DNA of 64,000 nucleotides from assembly GCA_020633775.1 (NCBI GenBank), contig JACKDA010000003.1, positions 87,211-151,210 of the forward strand, read 5' to 3'. The translations under genes and the position numbers were made by a program. This DNA comes from Gemmatimonadales bacterium. Lineage in GTDB: Bacteria > Gemmatimonadota > Gemmatimonadetes > Gemmatimonadales > GWC2-71-9. A model generated the notes under the pieces. That model did no database searches. It was not told where the DNA came from and saw only the letters and a program-made list of their open reading frames with translations. The first letter of the stretch is position 1. Each line of letters opens with the position of its first letter. Positions 10,113-20,052 of the stretch are shown piece after piece.

Positions 10113-12433
10113 GCACCCCCACACGGCAGGTCGTGGCCCAACGGCTCACGGTGACCGGGGTCGTGCAGGGCGTCGGGTTCCGACCGTTCGTCCACCGCTT
10201 GGCGGTGCGCCTCGGCCTGGCCGGTTCGGTGGCCAACGTGGGTGGTGAAGTCGAGATCATGCTCGAGGGGGAGCCGGAGCGTCTCGCCGCCTTCGTCACC
10301 GCCCTGCGCGCCGAGGCACCCGCACTGGCGGTGATCGAGACGGTCTCGGCGACGACCGTGCCCGCCACCGGCCGTGATCGGTTTCGCGTCGCGGCGAGTC
10401 GCGACCCGGTCGGCCGCCGACAGCCGGTCCCGGCCGACGCGGCGATGTGCTCCCGGTGTGAGGCCGAGCTCCTTGACCCGGCCAACCGCCGCGCCGGGTA
10501 CCCGTTCGTGACCTGCACGGACTGCGGCCCGCGCCACACCGTCATCGAGGCGATGCCGTACGACCGCGAGCGGACCAGCATGCGACACTTCCGCATGTGC
10601 GCGCGCTGCCAGGCGGAGTACGACACGCCGGGGGATCGACGCTACCACTCCGAGACCAACAGCTGCCCGGCCTGCGGCCCGACGCTCTGGCTTGAGGGAC
10701 CCGGCGGCACGGAGCACCGCGGCCCGGCCGCCGACATCATCTCGGCGGCCGCGCGCCTCCTCGCCGGCGGTGCGATCGTTGCCGTGCGCGGCTTCGGCGG
10801 ATTCCACCTGGCGGTGGATGCGACCTCGCCGGCGGCGGTCGAACGGCTGCGCGCCCGGAAGCGGCGCGACGCCAAGCCGCTGGCGGTGATGGTGCGCACG
10901 CTGGAGGAGGCGGGCACCCTCGCCCGGATCGGCGCGGTCGAGGCGGCGATGCTGCGCTCGAGCGCCCGACCGATCGTGCTGCTGCCCGCCCGCGCGGACG
11001 GCCCCCTGGCCCCCGGCGTCGCCCCGGGGCTGGACACGATCGGGGTGATGCTCCCGTCCACCCCGCTCCACCACCTGCTGCTGGCCGCGCTCGACGGGCC
11101 GCTCGTGATGACGAGCGGCAACCACAGCGAGGAGCCGATCGCGATCGGCAATGCGGAGGCCCGGACCCGGCTGCGGGAGATCGCGGACGCGTTCCTGCTC
11201 CACGACCGCGAGATCATCACGCGCTACGACGACTCGGTGCTGCGGGTGGTGTCGGGCACGCCGCGGTTCCTGCGCCGGGCTCGCGGCGTCGCGCCACTCC
11301 CGCTCGCGGTGCCGGTCCCGTCGCCGATGCCGGTGCTGGCCGTCGGGGGCGACCTCAAGAACACCTTCACGCTGCTCGACGGCGCCCGCGCCTACGTCTC
11401 GCAGCACCTCGGCGACCTCGCCGACTACGACACGCTGCTGCACTTCGACGAGACCCTCGCGCGCTACCGCGACCTGTTCGGGGTGACCCCCGCCGCGGTG
11501 GTGCGCGACCTCCACCCGGGATACCACTCCAGCCGGATCGCGGAGTTGCACGAGTCGCTCCCCTGCCTCGCGGTGCAACACCATCACGCGCATGTCGCCG
11601 CGGTGCTCGCGGAGCACGGGCACACCGGACCCGCCATCGGCATCGCATTCGATGGCACCGGCTGGGGCGACGACGGGACGGTGTGGGGCGCGGAGATCCT
11701 CCTCGCGGACCTGACCGGCTACCGACGCCTGGCGCACCTGCGCGAGGCGGCCCTGCCCGGCGGCGACCTCGCCGCCCGGACGCCGTGGCGCGCCGCCCTC
11801 GGCTACCTCGCCCTCGACCCGTCGCTCGCCCCGTCGTTCCGGCTCGCGTTCACGGCGGTCGCTCCCGCCGTGCGGGAGGTGGCCGAGCAGCAGGCGCGCC
11901 GCGGGATCAACGCGCCGCGTGCCTCATCGATGGGACGCCTGTTCGACGCCGCGGCGGCGGTCCTCGGCCGACCCGGCGAGATCGCCTTCGAGGGCCAGGC
12001 CGCCATGGAGCTCGAGGCGCTCGCGGGCGACCGTCCCGGCAGGGCCCGACCCTTCCCGGTCCACCCCGACGGCCTCGGCGGCTGGCTCCTGGATCCGCTC
12101 CCCCTCCTCGCGGTGCTCGGGAACGAGCGCCAGCGCGGGGTGGAGATCGCCGATCTGGCGGCCGACTTCCACGACAGCATCGTGCGCGCCACGGCGGAAC
12201 TGATCGAGGCCGCCTGCGACGAGACCGGGATCCGGGTGGTCGCCCTCGGTGGCGGCGTGTTCCAGAACGCCCGCCTGCTCGCCCACCTCCAGGCGGCGCT
12301 GGTCGAGGCCGGCTGCACGGTACTCGTCCCGCGGCGACTCCCGCCGAACGACGGGGCGATCAGCTACGGGCAGGCCGCCATCGCGGCGGCCCGGCTGGCG
12401 GCGGATCACCACCCCACGGCAGGAGGAGCGTGA
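10109..12433 (+). CDS. hypF: Carbamoyltransferase HypF
   Basis: The ATG overlaps the hypB stop. Acylphosphatase-like N-terminus (VQGVGFRPFV), four CxxC zinc-finger motifs, then YrdC-like and Kae1-like regions. 774 aa. Confidence 0.95.
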   Translation: MSTPTRQVVAQRLTVTGVVQGVGFRPFVHRLAVRLGLAGSVANVGGEVEIMLEGEPERLAAFVTALRAEAPALAVIETVSATTVPATGRDRFRVAASRDPVGRRQPVPADAAMCSRCEAELLDPANRRAGYPFVTCTDCGPRHTVIEAMPYDRERTSMRHFRMCARCQAEYDTPGDRRYHSETNSCPACGPTLWLEGPGGTEHRGPAADIISAAARLLAGGAIVAVRGFGGFHLAVDATSPAAVERLRARKRRDAKPLAVMVRTLEEAGTLARIGAVEAAMLRSSARPIVLLPARADGPLAPGVAPGLDTIGVMLPSTPLHHLLLAALDGPLVMTSGNHSEEPIAIGNAEARTRLREIADAFLLHDREIITRYDDSVLRVVSGTPRFLRRARGVAPLPLAVPVPSPMPVLAVGGDLKNTFTLLDGARAYVSQHLGDLADYDTLLHFDETLARYRDLFGVTPAAVVRDLHPGYHSSRIAELHESLPCLAVQHHHAHVAAVLAEHGHTGPAIGIAFDGTGWGDDGTVWGAEILLADLTGYRRLAHLREAALPGGDLAARTPWRAALGYLALDPSLAPSFRLAFTAVAPAVREVAEQQARRGINAPRASSMGRLFDAAAAVLGRPGEIAFEGQAAMELEALAGDRPGRARPFPVHPDGLGGWLLDPLPLLAVLGNERQRGVEIADLAADFHDSIVRATAELIEAACDETGIRVVALGGGVFQNARLLAHLQAALVEAGCTVLVPRRLPPNDGAISYGQAAIAAARLAADHHPTAGGA

Positions 12434-12725
12434 TGTGCCTCGGCATCCCCGGCCGCATCATCGCGGCGCACGATGATCAGGGCCTCCCGATGGGCACCGT
12501 CGATTTCGGCGGCGTGCGGCGCGACGTCTGCCTCGCCTACGTCGCCGGCGAGGTGTCGGTCGGCGACTACGTGATCGTCCACGTCGGCTTCGCGATCTCG
12601 CGCGTCGACGAGGCCGAGGCACGACGCACCTTCGAGGCGCTGCGGGAGATGAGCCAGCTCGATGAGCTGGAGTGGATGCGCGCCACCGCGGATGCCGCCC
12701 TCGACACGCTCGGGGAGGACCCGAC

Positions 12726-12729
<4 letters not shown>
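12433..12729 (+). CDS. hypC: Hydrogenase assembly chaperone HypC
   Basis: Begins MCLGIPG (the essential Cys2). TGATG overlap with the hypF stop. Confidence 0.9.
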
Positions 12730-13834
<1,105 letters not shown>

Positions 13835-13838
<4 letters not shown>

Positions 13839-14899
13839 CCGACGCGAACGGACTGGCCAGCGGGCTGGCCTGTGCCATCCCCCACGCCCCGCACGACAGG
13901 GTCCAGCTCGGTCATGGCTCGGGCGGGAAGTTGAGTGCGGCCCTCGTGCGCGATCACTTCCTCCCGCACTTCGCGAACCCGATCCTCGACCGCCTCGGCG
14001 ACGGCGCGACCCTCGCCCTCGGGACCGGCGACATCGCCCTGTCGACCGACACCTTCGTCGTGCACCCGCTCGAGTTTCCCGGCGGCAACATCGGATCCCT
14101 CGCCGTGCATGGCACCGTCAACGACGTCGCGATGGCGGGCGCCACCCCGCTCCACCTGACCGCCGGATTCGTCCTCGAGGAAGGCCTTCCCTTCGCCCTC
14201 CTCGACCGGGTCGTCGCCGCGATGGGTGCCGCCGCGCGCGCGGCCGGCGTGACCCTCGTGGCCGGCGACACCAAGGTCGTCGAGCGCGGGAAGGCCGACG
14301 GACTGTTCATCAACACGACCGGGATCGGCATCCTCCACCCCGGCTTCCGCCCCGCACCGGACCGCGCGCGCGAGGGCGACGTCGTGCTGGTCAGCGGCCC
14401 CATTGCCCGCCACGGCATGGCGATCATGGCGGTGCGGGAGGGCCTCGCCTTCGAGGCGGACATCACCTCGGATTCGGCGGCACTGCCCCCGCTGGTGGCG
14501 CGCCTCCGCGAGCAGGTCGGCCCGGAGGTCCATGTCCTTCGCGACCCGACCAGGGGTGGCGTCGCGAGTGCGCTCAACGAGATCGCGGCCGCCTCGGCCG
14601 TCGGGATCGAGCTCGCCGAGGATGCGATCCCGATCCCGGGCGCCGTGGCGGCGGCGTGCGAGATGCTCGGCCTCGACCCGCTCTACGTCGCCAACGAGGG
14701 CACCCTGCTGGCCATCGTGCCCGCGTCCCGCGCGGACGACGCCCTCGCCGCCCTGCGCCGGGAACCGATCGGTCGGGACGCCGCGGCGATCGGCCGCGTG
14801 GTGCGCGATCATCCCGGCATGGTGCTGATGCGCACGCGACTCGGGGGGCGGCGGGTGGTGGACCTGCTGCCGGGGGACCAGCTCCCGCGCATCTGCTGA
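13835..14899 (+). CDS. hypE: Hydrogenase maturation protein HypE (carbamoyl dehydratase)
   Basis: The ATG overlaps the hypD stop. PurM-like fold sequence and the C-terminal ...PRIC motif. Confidence 0.95.
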
Positions 14900-14917
14900 G
14901 CCCGGCGGCAGGCCACC

Positions 14918-17467
14918 TCAGCGTCGGGTCGCCTCGAGTCGGTCGGCGATCTGGCGGGTGAACGGGTGGTCGGCACCGACCGCCGACTCCGCGATGCGCA
15001 GCGCCTCCACCAGCAGCGGCCGGGCCCGCGCCGTGTCGCCCGCGCGCAGGAGCGACTTGGCGTGCTCGTGGAGCGCGCGTGCGAGATAGGGGTTGTCGGC
15101 CTCGAGGGTCTCGCGCGCGATCGACACGGCCCGGCGATGCAGCGAGTCGGCCTCGGCGAATCGCCCCCGTGCGGCGATCAGCTCGGCGAGGTCGGATGTC
15201 GTGTATGCCACGTCCGGATGGCGCTCACCCTTCACGGCACTGTAGGCGAGGATCGCCCGCCGCAACTCGCGTTCGGCCGACACCGAATCGCCCTGCGCCA
15301 GTTCCAGCCGGCCCAGCTCCTCCAGCGCCCCGGCCGCCTCGATGGAGTTCGTGCCGTACCGCCGCTCCGCGATGCCCAGCGCTTCGGCGATCACCGCCTC
15401 CGCCTCGTCGAGCCGACCCTCGAGGACGAGGGATTGGCCAAGACTGGTGAGGATGGTCTCCTCGCCCTCGCGGTCCGCCTCGGGCAGCGTGCGATAGATC
15501 GCGACGGCCTCGCGGAGCAGCCTCGTCGCGGCGGAGTCCTCGCTCCGTGTGGTCCGCAGCGCGGCGAGGGTGGACAGGGCGACCGCCTCGGCGCGCGAGT
15601 CGGGCGCCACCTCGTGGAAGACCGCGCGGGCCTCCTCGAGCAACGGCGCCGCCTCATCGAAGCGGCCGGCCTCCTTCAGCGTGACGCCGAGATTGTGCAG
15701 GGCGGTGGCCTCCTGCTCCGACCCCGGCACCGCGGCATGGAGGATCGCCAGCGACTCGCGGTGGGCCGCTTCCGCCTCGTCATACCGGCCGCGCTCCCAC
15801 AGGACGTTGCCCAACGCATCGAGCGCATCGGTGTAGCCGACCTCTCCCGGGACCCAGCCACGCGCCTCGAACCCCACCCGGTGCTGTGCCACCGCCTCGC
15901 GCAGCAACGCCTCCGCGCGCTCGAGATCGCCGACCCCGCGGAAGGCGTTCCCCATCACCAGCAACAGCCCCGCCTTGGTCTCGGGGGCCACCTCGAGTGA
16001 GTCGATCCGCGCGGCACCGCGCTCGAAGAGATCGGCGACCGAGACCTCGCGCCCGAGCACGCGGTCGGGATTCGCCTCGCTGAAGACGTCCTGCAGGAAG
16101 TCCGCGATCGCGTTGGCGCGCGTCGCCTCGGCCCGGGCGAGGTCGCGTTCGTCCGAGAGCCGGCCGGTGTAGAACATCACCGCTGCGGCGAGGCTCGCGA
16201 CGCCGAGGCCGCCGGCGGCGACCGCCGCGCGATGCCGCCGCACGAACTTCCCCGCGCGGTAGCCCCAGGGCGTGCCGCGGGCCAGCACGGGCCGGCCGTC
16301 CAGGTAGCGGCGCAGGTCCTCGGCCATCGCCGCCACGGAGGCGTAGCGGCGATCCGGCTCCTTGCGCAGGGCGGTCAGCACGATGTTGTCGAGGTCGCCC
16401 GCCAGCAGCCGCGCCAGGCGGGCGGCGGTGGTGTCGCGCGCCGCGGCGATCGCGGCGTCCACGCGGGCACTCGGGCGCGAGGGCTCCCGTTGGCAGATCT
16501 CGCGTTCCATCTCGGCGGGCGTCGACCCGGTGACCTGCTGCGCCTGCTGCCCGGCCAGCAGCTCGTAGAGCAGCAGGCCGAGGGCGTAGACGTCGGTGGC
16601 GGTGCTGACGCGCTGCCCGCGGACCTGTTCGGGGCTGGCGTAGGCGGGGGTCATCAAGCGCAGCGGCGCGGTCGTACTCGGTCCCGGCCCGCCGCTGTCG
16701 ACCGCTTCCGGATCAAGGAGCTTGGCGATCCCGAAGTCGAGCAGCTTCGGGACTCCGTCCGCCGTGACCAGGACGTTGCCCGGCTTGAGGTCACGGTGCA
16801 CCACCAGCCGCCGGTGGGCGTACTCGACGGCCTCGGCGACGAGGAGGAACAGCGCGATCCGCTCGCGGACCGACAGCCGTCGCGCATCGCAGAACCGATC
16901 GATCGGCTCGCCCTCGACATACTCCAGGGCCAGCCACGGGAGGCCTGCCGCCGTCGTTCCGCCATCGAGCATCCGCGCCACGTTCGGGTGGTCGAGGCCC
17001 GCGAGGATCTGGCGCTCGACCCGGAACCTCGCCACGGCGAGCCCCCCGATCGGCCCGCCCCGAATCACCTTGATTGCGACCTGGGCATCGTACTCCGCGT
17101 CGTCCCGCGCCGCGAGGTGGACCGATCCCATGCCGCCGCGGCCGATCTCGCGGATCACCCGCCACGGTCCGACCAGGGTTCCCGGCACGAGATCGGGCCT
17201 GGCGTCGAGGAGGTCGCGCGCCGCGTCCCCGACCGCACCGGCCAGCCAATCCCGCGTCGAGGGTGCCGTCCTGGTGTCGCGCCGGCGATCGGCGGCGAGC
17301 AGTGCCATCACCTCGCCGAGAAGGGCGGGCTCGTCCCCGAGCTCGGCCGACAGCGCCTCGAGCTGGGCGTCGAGCGGGAGGTCGGCCACGCGGTGGAACA
17401 CCGCCTGGATCCGGTCCCACGCGGCGGCGTCCGGCTGGGGCGGTGGGGGAGTCGGCGTACCGGTCAT
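14918..17467 (-). CDS. Ser/Thr protein kinase with a TM segment and C-terminal TPR repeats
   Basis: Kinase motifs VAIKV, HRDLKPGNVL, DFGIAK and SPEQ. One TM helix (AAVAAGGLGVASLAAAVMFY) and a long TPR-like region. Start chosen at MTGTP behind AGGAG (track start 17482). Confidence 0.85.
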   Translation of the reverse strand: MTGTPTPPPPQPDAAAWDRIQAVFHRVADLPLDAQLEALSAELGDEPALLGEVMALLAADRRRDTRTAPSTRDWLAGAVGDAARDLLDARPDLVPGTLVGPWRVIREIGRGGMGSVHLAARDDAEYDAQVAIKVIRGGPIGGLAVARFRVERQILAGLDHPNVARMLDGGTTAAGLPWLALEYVEGEPIDRFCDARRLSVRERIALFLLVAEAVEYAHRRLVVHRDLKPGNVLVTADGVPKLLDFGIAKLLDPEAVDSGGPGPSTTAPLRLMTPAYASPEQVRGQRVSTATDVYALGLLLYELLAGQQAQQVTGSTPAEMEREICQREPSRPSARVDAAIAAARDTTAARLARLLAGDLDNIVLTALRKEPDRRYASVAAMAEDLRRYLDGRPVLARGTPWGYRAGKFVRRHRAAVAAGGLGVASLAAAVMFYTGRLSDERDLARAEATRANAIADFLQDVFSEANPDRVLGREVSVADLFERGAARIDSLEVAPETKAGLLLVMGNAFRGVGDLERAEALLREAVAQHRVGFEARGWVPGEVGYTDALDALGNVLWERGRYDEAEAAHRESLAILHAAVPGSEQEATALHNLGVTLKEAGRFDEAAPLLEEARAVFHEVAPDSRAEAVALSTLAALRTTRSEDSAATRLLREAVAIYRTLPEADREGEETILTSLGQSLVLEGRLDEAEAVIAEALGIAERRYGTNSIEAAGALEELGRLELAQGDSVSAERELRRAILAYSAVKGERHPDVAYTTSDLAELIAARGRFAEADSLHRRAVSIARETLEADNPYLARALHEHAKSLLRAGDTARARPLLVEALRIAESAVGADHPFTRQIADRLEATRR

Positions 17468-17566
17468 CTCTCTCCTGGGCATGGCCGTGGCGAGCGGGCG
17501 CGCCCCGCGCGCTGCCGTGGGCGACGAGAGGTCGTCCTCGCAAGCGTCACTCGCGCGGCGATTCCC

Positions 17567-17998
17567 TCAGTCGGCAGCTGGTCGGGCCCGCAGCACGCTG
17601 ACCAGCATCGCGAGACTCAGTCCGACCGGCCCCCCGCTGACGAGCAGCATGACGAACCAGAAGTAGCCGGTGACGGTCGTCAGGGTATCGGTCTGCCCCG
17701 CCATCGTGTACTCCACCGGCTGCGGCGGTGCCGGGAGCGCGATCAGCGCGATCCACCCCGCGAGGAAGACCGCCGGCATCACGGCCCATCGACCCGTCCA
17801 TTTCCGGAGCAGGGCCCACGTCGGGAGGAGGAGCAGGAGGACCACCGGTGCCCCCCAGAGGAGGAGCGCCGGGCCCGGGCCGATCATCAACAACGTGTCG
17901 TAGTCGGACCAGATCCGGATCGCGAACCAGGCCGACCAGCCGACCGCAGCGGCCCAGCCCCAGGGAAGCAGCCGGATCGAACGCGGGGGCGCGGTCAC
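17567..17998 (-). CDS. Small integral membrane protein (hypothetical)
   Basis: Only the C-terminal ~143 codons of track ORF 17567..18580 are hydrophobic and helix-like and do not overlap queC. The GTG start at 17998 is a guess. Confidence 0.35.
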   Translation of the reverse strand: MTAPPRSIRLLPWGWAAAVGWSAWFAIRIWSDYDTLLMIGPGPALLLWGAPVVLLLLLPTWALLRKWTGRWAVMPAVFLAGWIALIALPAPPQPVEYTMAGQTDTLTTVTGYFWFVMLLVSGGPVGLSLAMLVSVLRARPAAD

Positions 17999-18091
17999 GG
18001 GAGCGCCCGTGCGGCGTGGCCTCGAGGCGTTGCACTCATCCTCCCAAGATACTGCGCTGTCCTGCCACGATCGGCGCGATAGATTTCCTCG

Positions 18092-18772
18092 ATGCCTGCC
18101 GACCAGCCGCCGGCCGTCGTCCTCCTCTCGGGCGGGATGGACTCCGCGACGACGCTCGCCATCGCCCGGGAGGCCGGGTTTGCGGCGCACGCGCTGTCCT
18201 TCCGGTACGGCCAGCGCCATGCCGTGGAGCTCGCGGCGGCGCACACCGTGGCGAGCACCCTCGGCGCGGCATCCCATCGCATCGTGACGATCGACCTCGG
18301 GCAGTTCGGCGGGTCCGCCCTGACGGCCGACCTCGCGGTGCCCAAGGATCGCCCACCCGCGGAGCTCGCCGACGGCGTCCCGGTGACCTACGTGCCCGCC
18401 CGCAACACCATCTTCCTCGCCTTCGCCCTCGCCCATGCCGAGGTGCTCGGCGCACGGGACATCTTCATCGGGGTCACCGCGGTGGACTACTCCGGCTACC
18501 CCGATTGCCGGCCGGAGTTCATCCGGGCGTTCGAGACCGCGGGACGGCTGGGGACCCGGCTCGCCGGGCTCACCATCCACGCCCCCCTGATCGACCTCGG
18601 CAAGGACGCCATCATCGCGCGGGGACTCGCATTGGGGGTCGACTACGGCGTGACCCGCAGCTGCTACGACCCCGACGCGGCCGGCGCCGCCTGCGGCCGG
18701 TGCGACGCCTGCCAGCTCCGCCTCGCGGGGTTCCGGCGACTCGGCCTCGAGGATCCCGCGCCGTACGGCTGA
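18092..18772 (+). CDS. queC: 7-cyano-7-deazaguanine synthase
   Basis: PP-loop [10 protein letters not shown] and the C-terminal zinc-Cys cluster (SCY...CGRCDAC). Confidence 0.9.
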   Translation: MPADQPPAVVLLSGGMDSATTLAIAREAGFAAHALSFRYGQRHAVELAAAHTVASTLGAASHRIVTIDLGQFGGSALTADLAVPKDRPPAELADGVPVTYVPARNTIFLAFALAHAEVLGARDIFIGVTAVDYSGYPDCRPEFIRAFETAGRLGTRLAGLTIHAPLIDLGKDAIIARGLALGVDYGVTRSCYDPDAAGAACGRCDACQLRLAGFRRLGLEDPAPYG

Positions 18773-18786
18773 GCTATCTTTCGGGG

Positions 18787-19425
18787 ATGGCGGCCTACTC
18801 CGTGAAGTCCTGCTTCTTCACCCTGCAGGGGGAGGGACGGCAGGCCGGGCGGGCCGCGGTGTTCCTGCGTTTCGCGGGCTGCAACCTGTGGAGCGGCCGC
18901 GAGGCGGATCGCGCCGCCGCGACCTGCCGATTCTGCGACACCGACTTCGTCGGCACCGACGGCGAGGGCGGGGGCCGCTTCCCGACCGCCACCGAGCTGG
19001 CGCGTCACGTCGCCGAGCGGTGGCCGGCCGGAACGGCGGGGCGACGCTACGTGGTGTGCACCGGCGGCGAGCCGACCCTGCAGCTCGACACCGAGCTGGT
19101 CGATGCGCTGCACGCGGAAGGGTTCGAGGTGGCGATCGAGACCAACGGCACGCGGGCGGTGCCCGCGGGGGTCGACTGGATCTGTGTCTCGCCCAAGGCG
19201 GGCACCGAGCTCGTCCAGCGCGCGGGCGACGAACTCAAGCTGGTGTACCCGCAGCCCGAGGCGCCGCCCGCGGCGTTCGAGGCGCTGCCGTTCGACCACC
19301 TGCTCCTCCAGCCGATGGACGGGCCCGATGCGGCGGCGAATGTCGCCGCGACGGTGGCATACTGCCTCGCCCATCCCCAGTGGGGACTCTCGTTGCAGCT
19401 CCACAAGTCGCTCGGCATACCCTGA
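18787..19425 (+). CDS. queE: 7-carboxy-7-deazaguanine synthase (radical SAM)
   Basis: MAAYSVKSCFFTLQGEG N-terminus. Cluster motif C-x14-C-x2-C (CNLWSGREADRAAATCRFC). In frame within track ORF 17728..19425. Confidence 0.9.
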   Translation: MAAYSVKSCFFTLQGEGRQAGRAAVFLRFAGCNLWSGREADRAAATCRFCDTDFVGTDGEGGGRFPTATELARHVAERWPAGTAGRRYVVCTGGEPTLQLDTELVDALHAEGFEVAIETNGTRAVPAGVDWICVSPKAGTELVQRAGDELKLVYPQPEAPPAAFEALPFDHLLLQPMDGPDAAANVAATVAYCLAHPQWGLSLQLHKSLGIP

Positions 19426-19432
19426 GGCCGCC

Positions 19433-20038
19433 ATGCACGGTTACAGCGACCGGATCCACCACGCCCTCACCTACCTGGCGAAGCACTACCACCCGCGTGC
19501 CCCGACCCAGGCGCCCCTGCCGTTCGTCGCGCACCCCTCGAACGTGGCCCTGATCCTCGCGCGCCACGGCGCCGACGAGACGACGATCGTCGCCTCCATC
19601 CTCCACCACCTGCTCGAGATCGCCCCGGCCACCGAGCGCCCGGGGGTTGAGGCGAAGCTGCGCGACAAGTTCGGCCCGGTGGTCATCGGCGTGGCCTGTG
19701 ATGCGGCCGCGGCCCGGGTCGATCACTTCGGCGAGCCACTCGCCTGGCGGCACCGCAAGCGCGAGGTGCTCCGGCAACTCGCGACCATCGAGCCGCGCGC
19801 GCTCGACATCCGGTGCGCCGACGAGATCCACGAGTGCGGGTCCGCGATCTCGATCGCGGGCCGCCTCGGTGCGGAATACCTCGAGCCCCACGGGCTCGGC
19901 ACCGGTCGTGAGCAGGCGGCGTGGTATGACGACCTGCGGCAGGCGCTCGTGCGTCGGGTCGATTGGCCCTCGCACGGCCTCCTGCGCGAACTCGACGACC
20001 ACGCGCGCGAGTTGTGCCGACTCGCCGACCTGCGCTGA
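19433..20038 (+). CDS. HD-superfamily-like protein (SpoT/RelA hydrolase-domain-like) with HH in place of the HD dyad
   Basis: PFVAHPSNVALILA and ASILHHLLE resemble the HD-domain helices of (p)ppGpp hydrolase-type proteins. It starts 7 nt after queE. Confidence 0.5.
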   Translation: MHGYSDRIHHALTYLAKHYHPRAPTQAPLPFVAHPSNVALILARHGADETTIVASILHHLLEIAPATERPGVEAKLRDKFGPVVIGVACDAAAARVDHFGEPLAWRHRKREVLRQLATIEPRALDIRCADEIHECGSAISIAGRLGAEYLEPHGLGTGREQAAWYDDLRQALVRRVDWPSHGLLRELDDHARELCRLADLR

Positions 20039-20052
20039 CCTATCTTCCCCTG

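Noticed and set aside
17567-18580. The full 337-aa minus-strand ORF opposite queC.
   Set aside because: Only its last ~143 codons look like a real (membrane) protein. The rest is antisense to the clearly genuine queC.
18092-19425. queC-queE read as part of a 7-deazaguanine DNA-modification (Dpd) or CBASS-type defence island.
   Set aside because: Both proteins look like canonical biosynthetic QueC/QueE. No TGT/DpdA-like, helicase, cyclase or effector genes are adjacent, and the neighbours are kinases and housekeeping genes.
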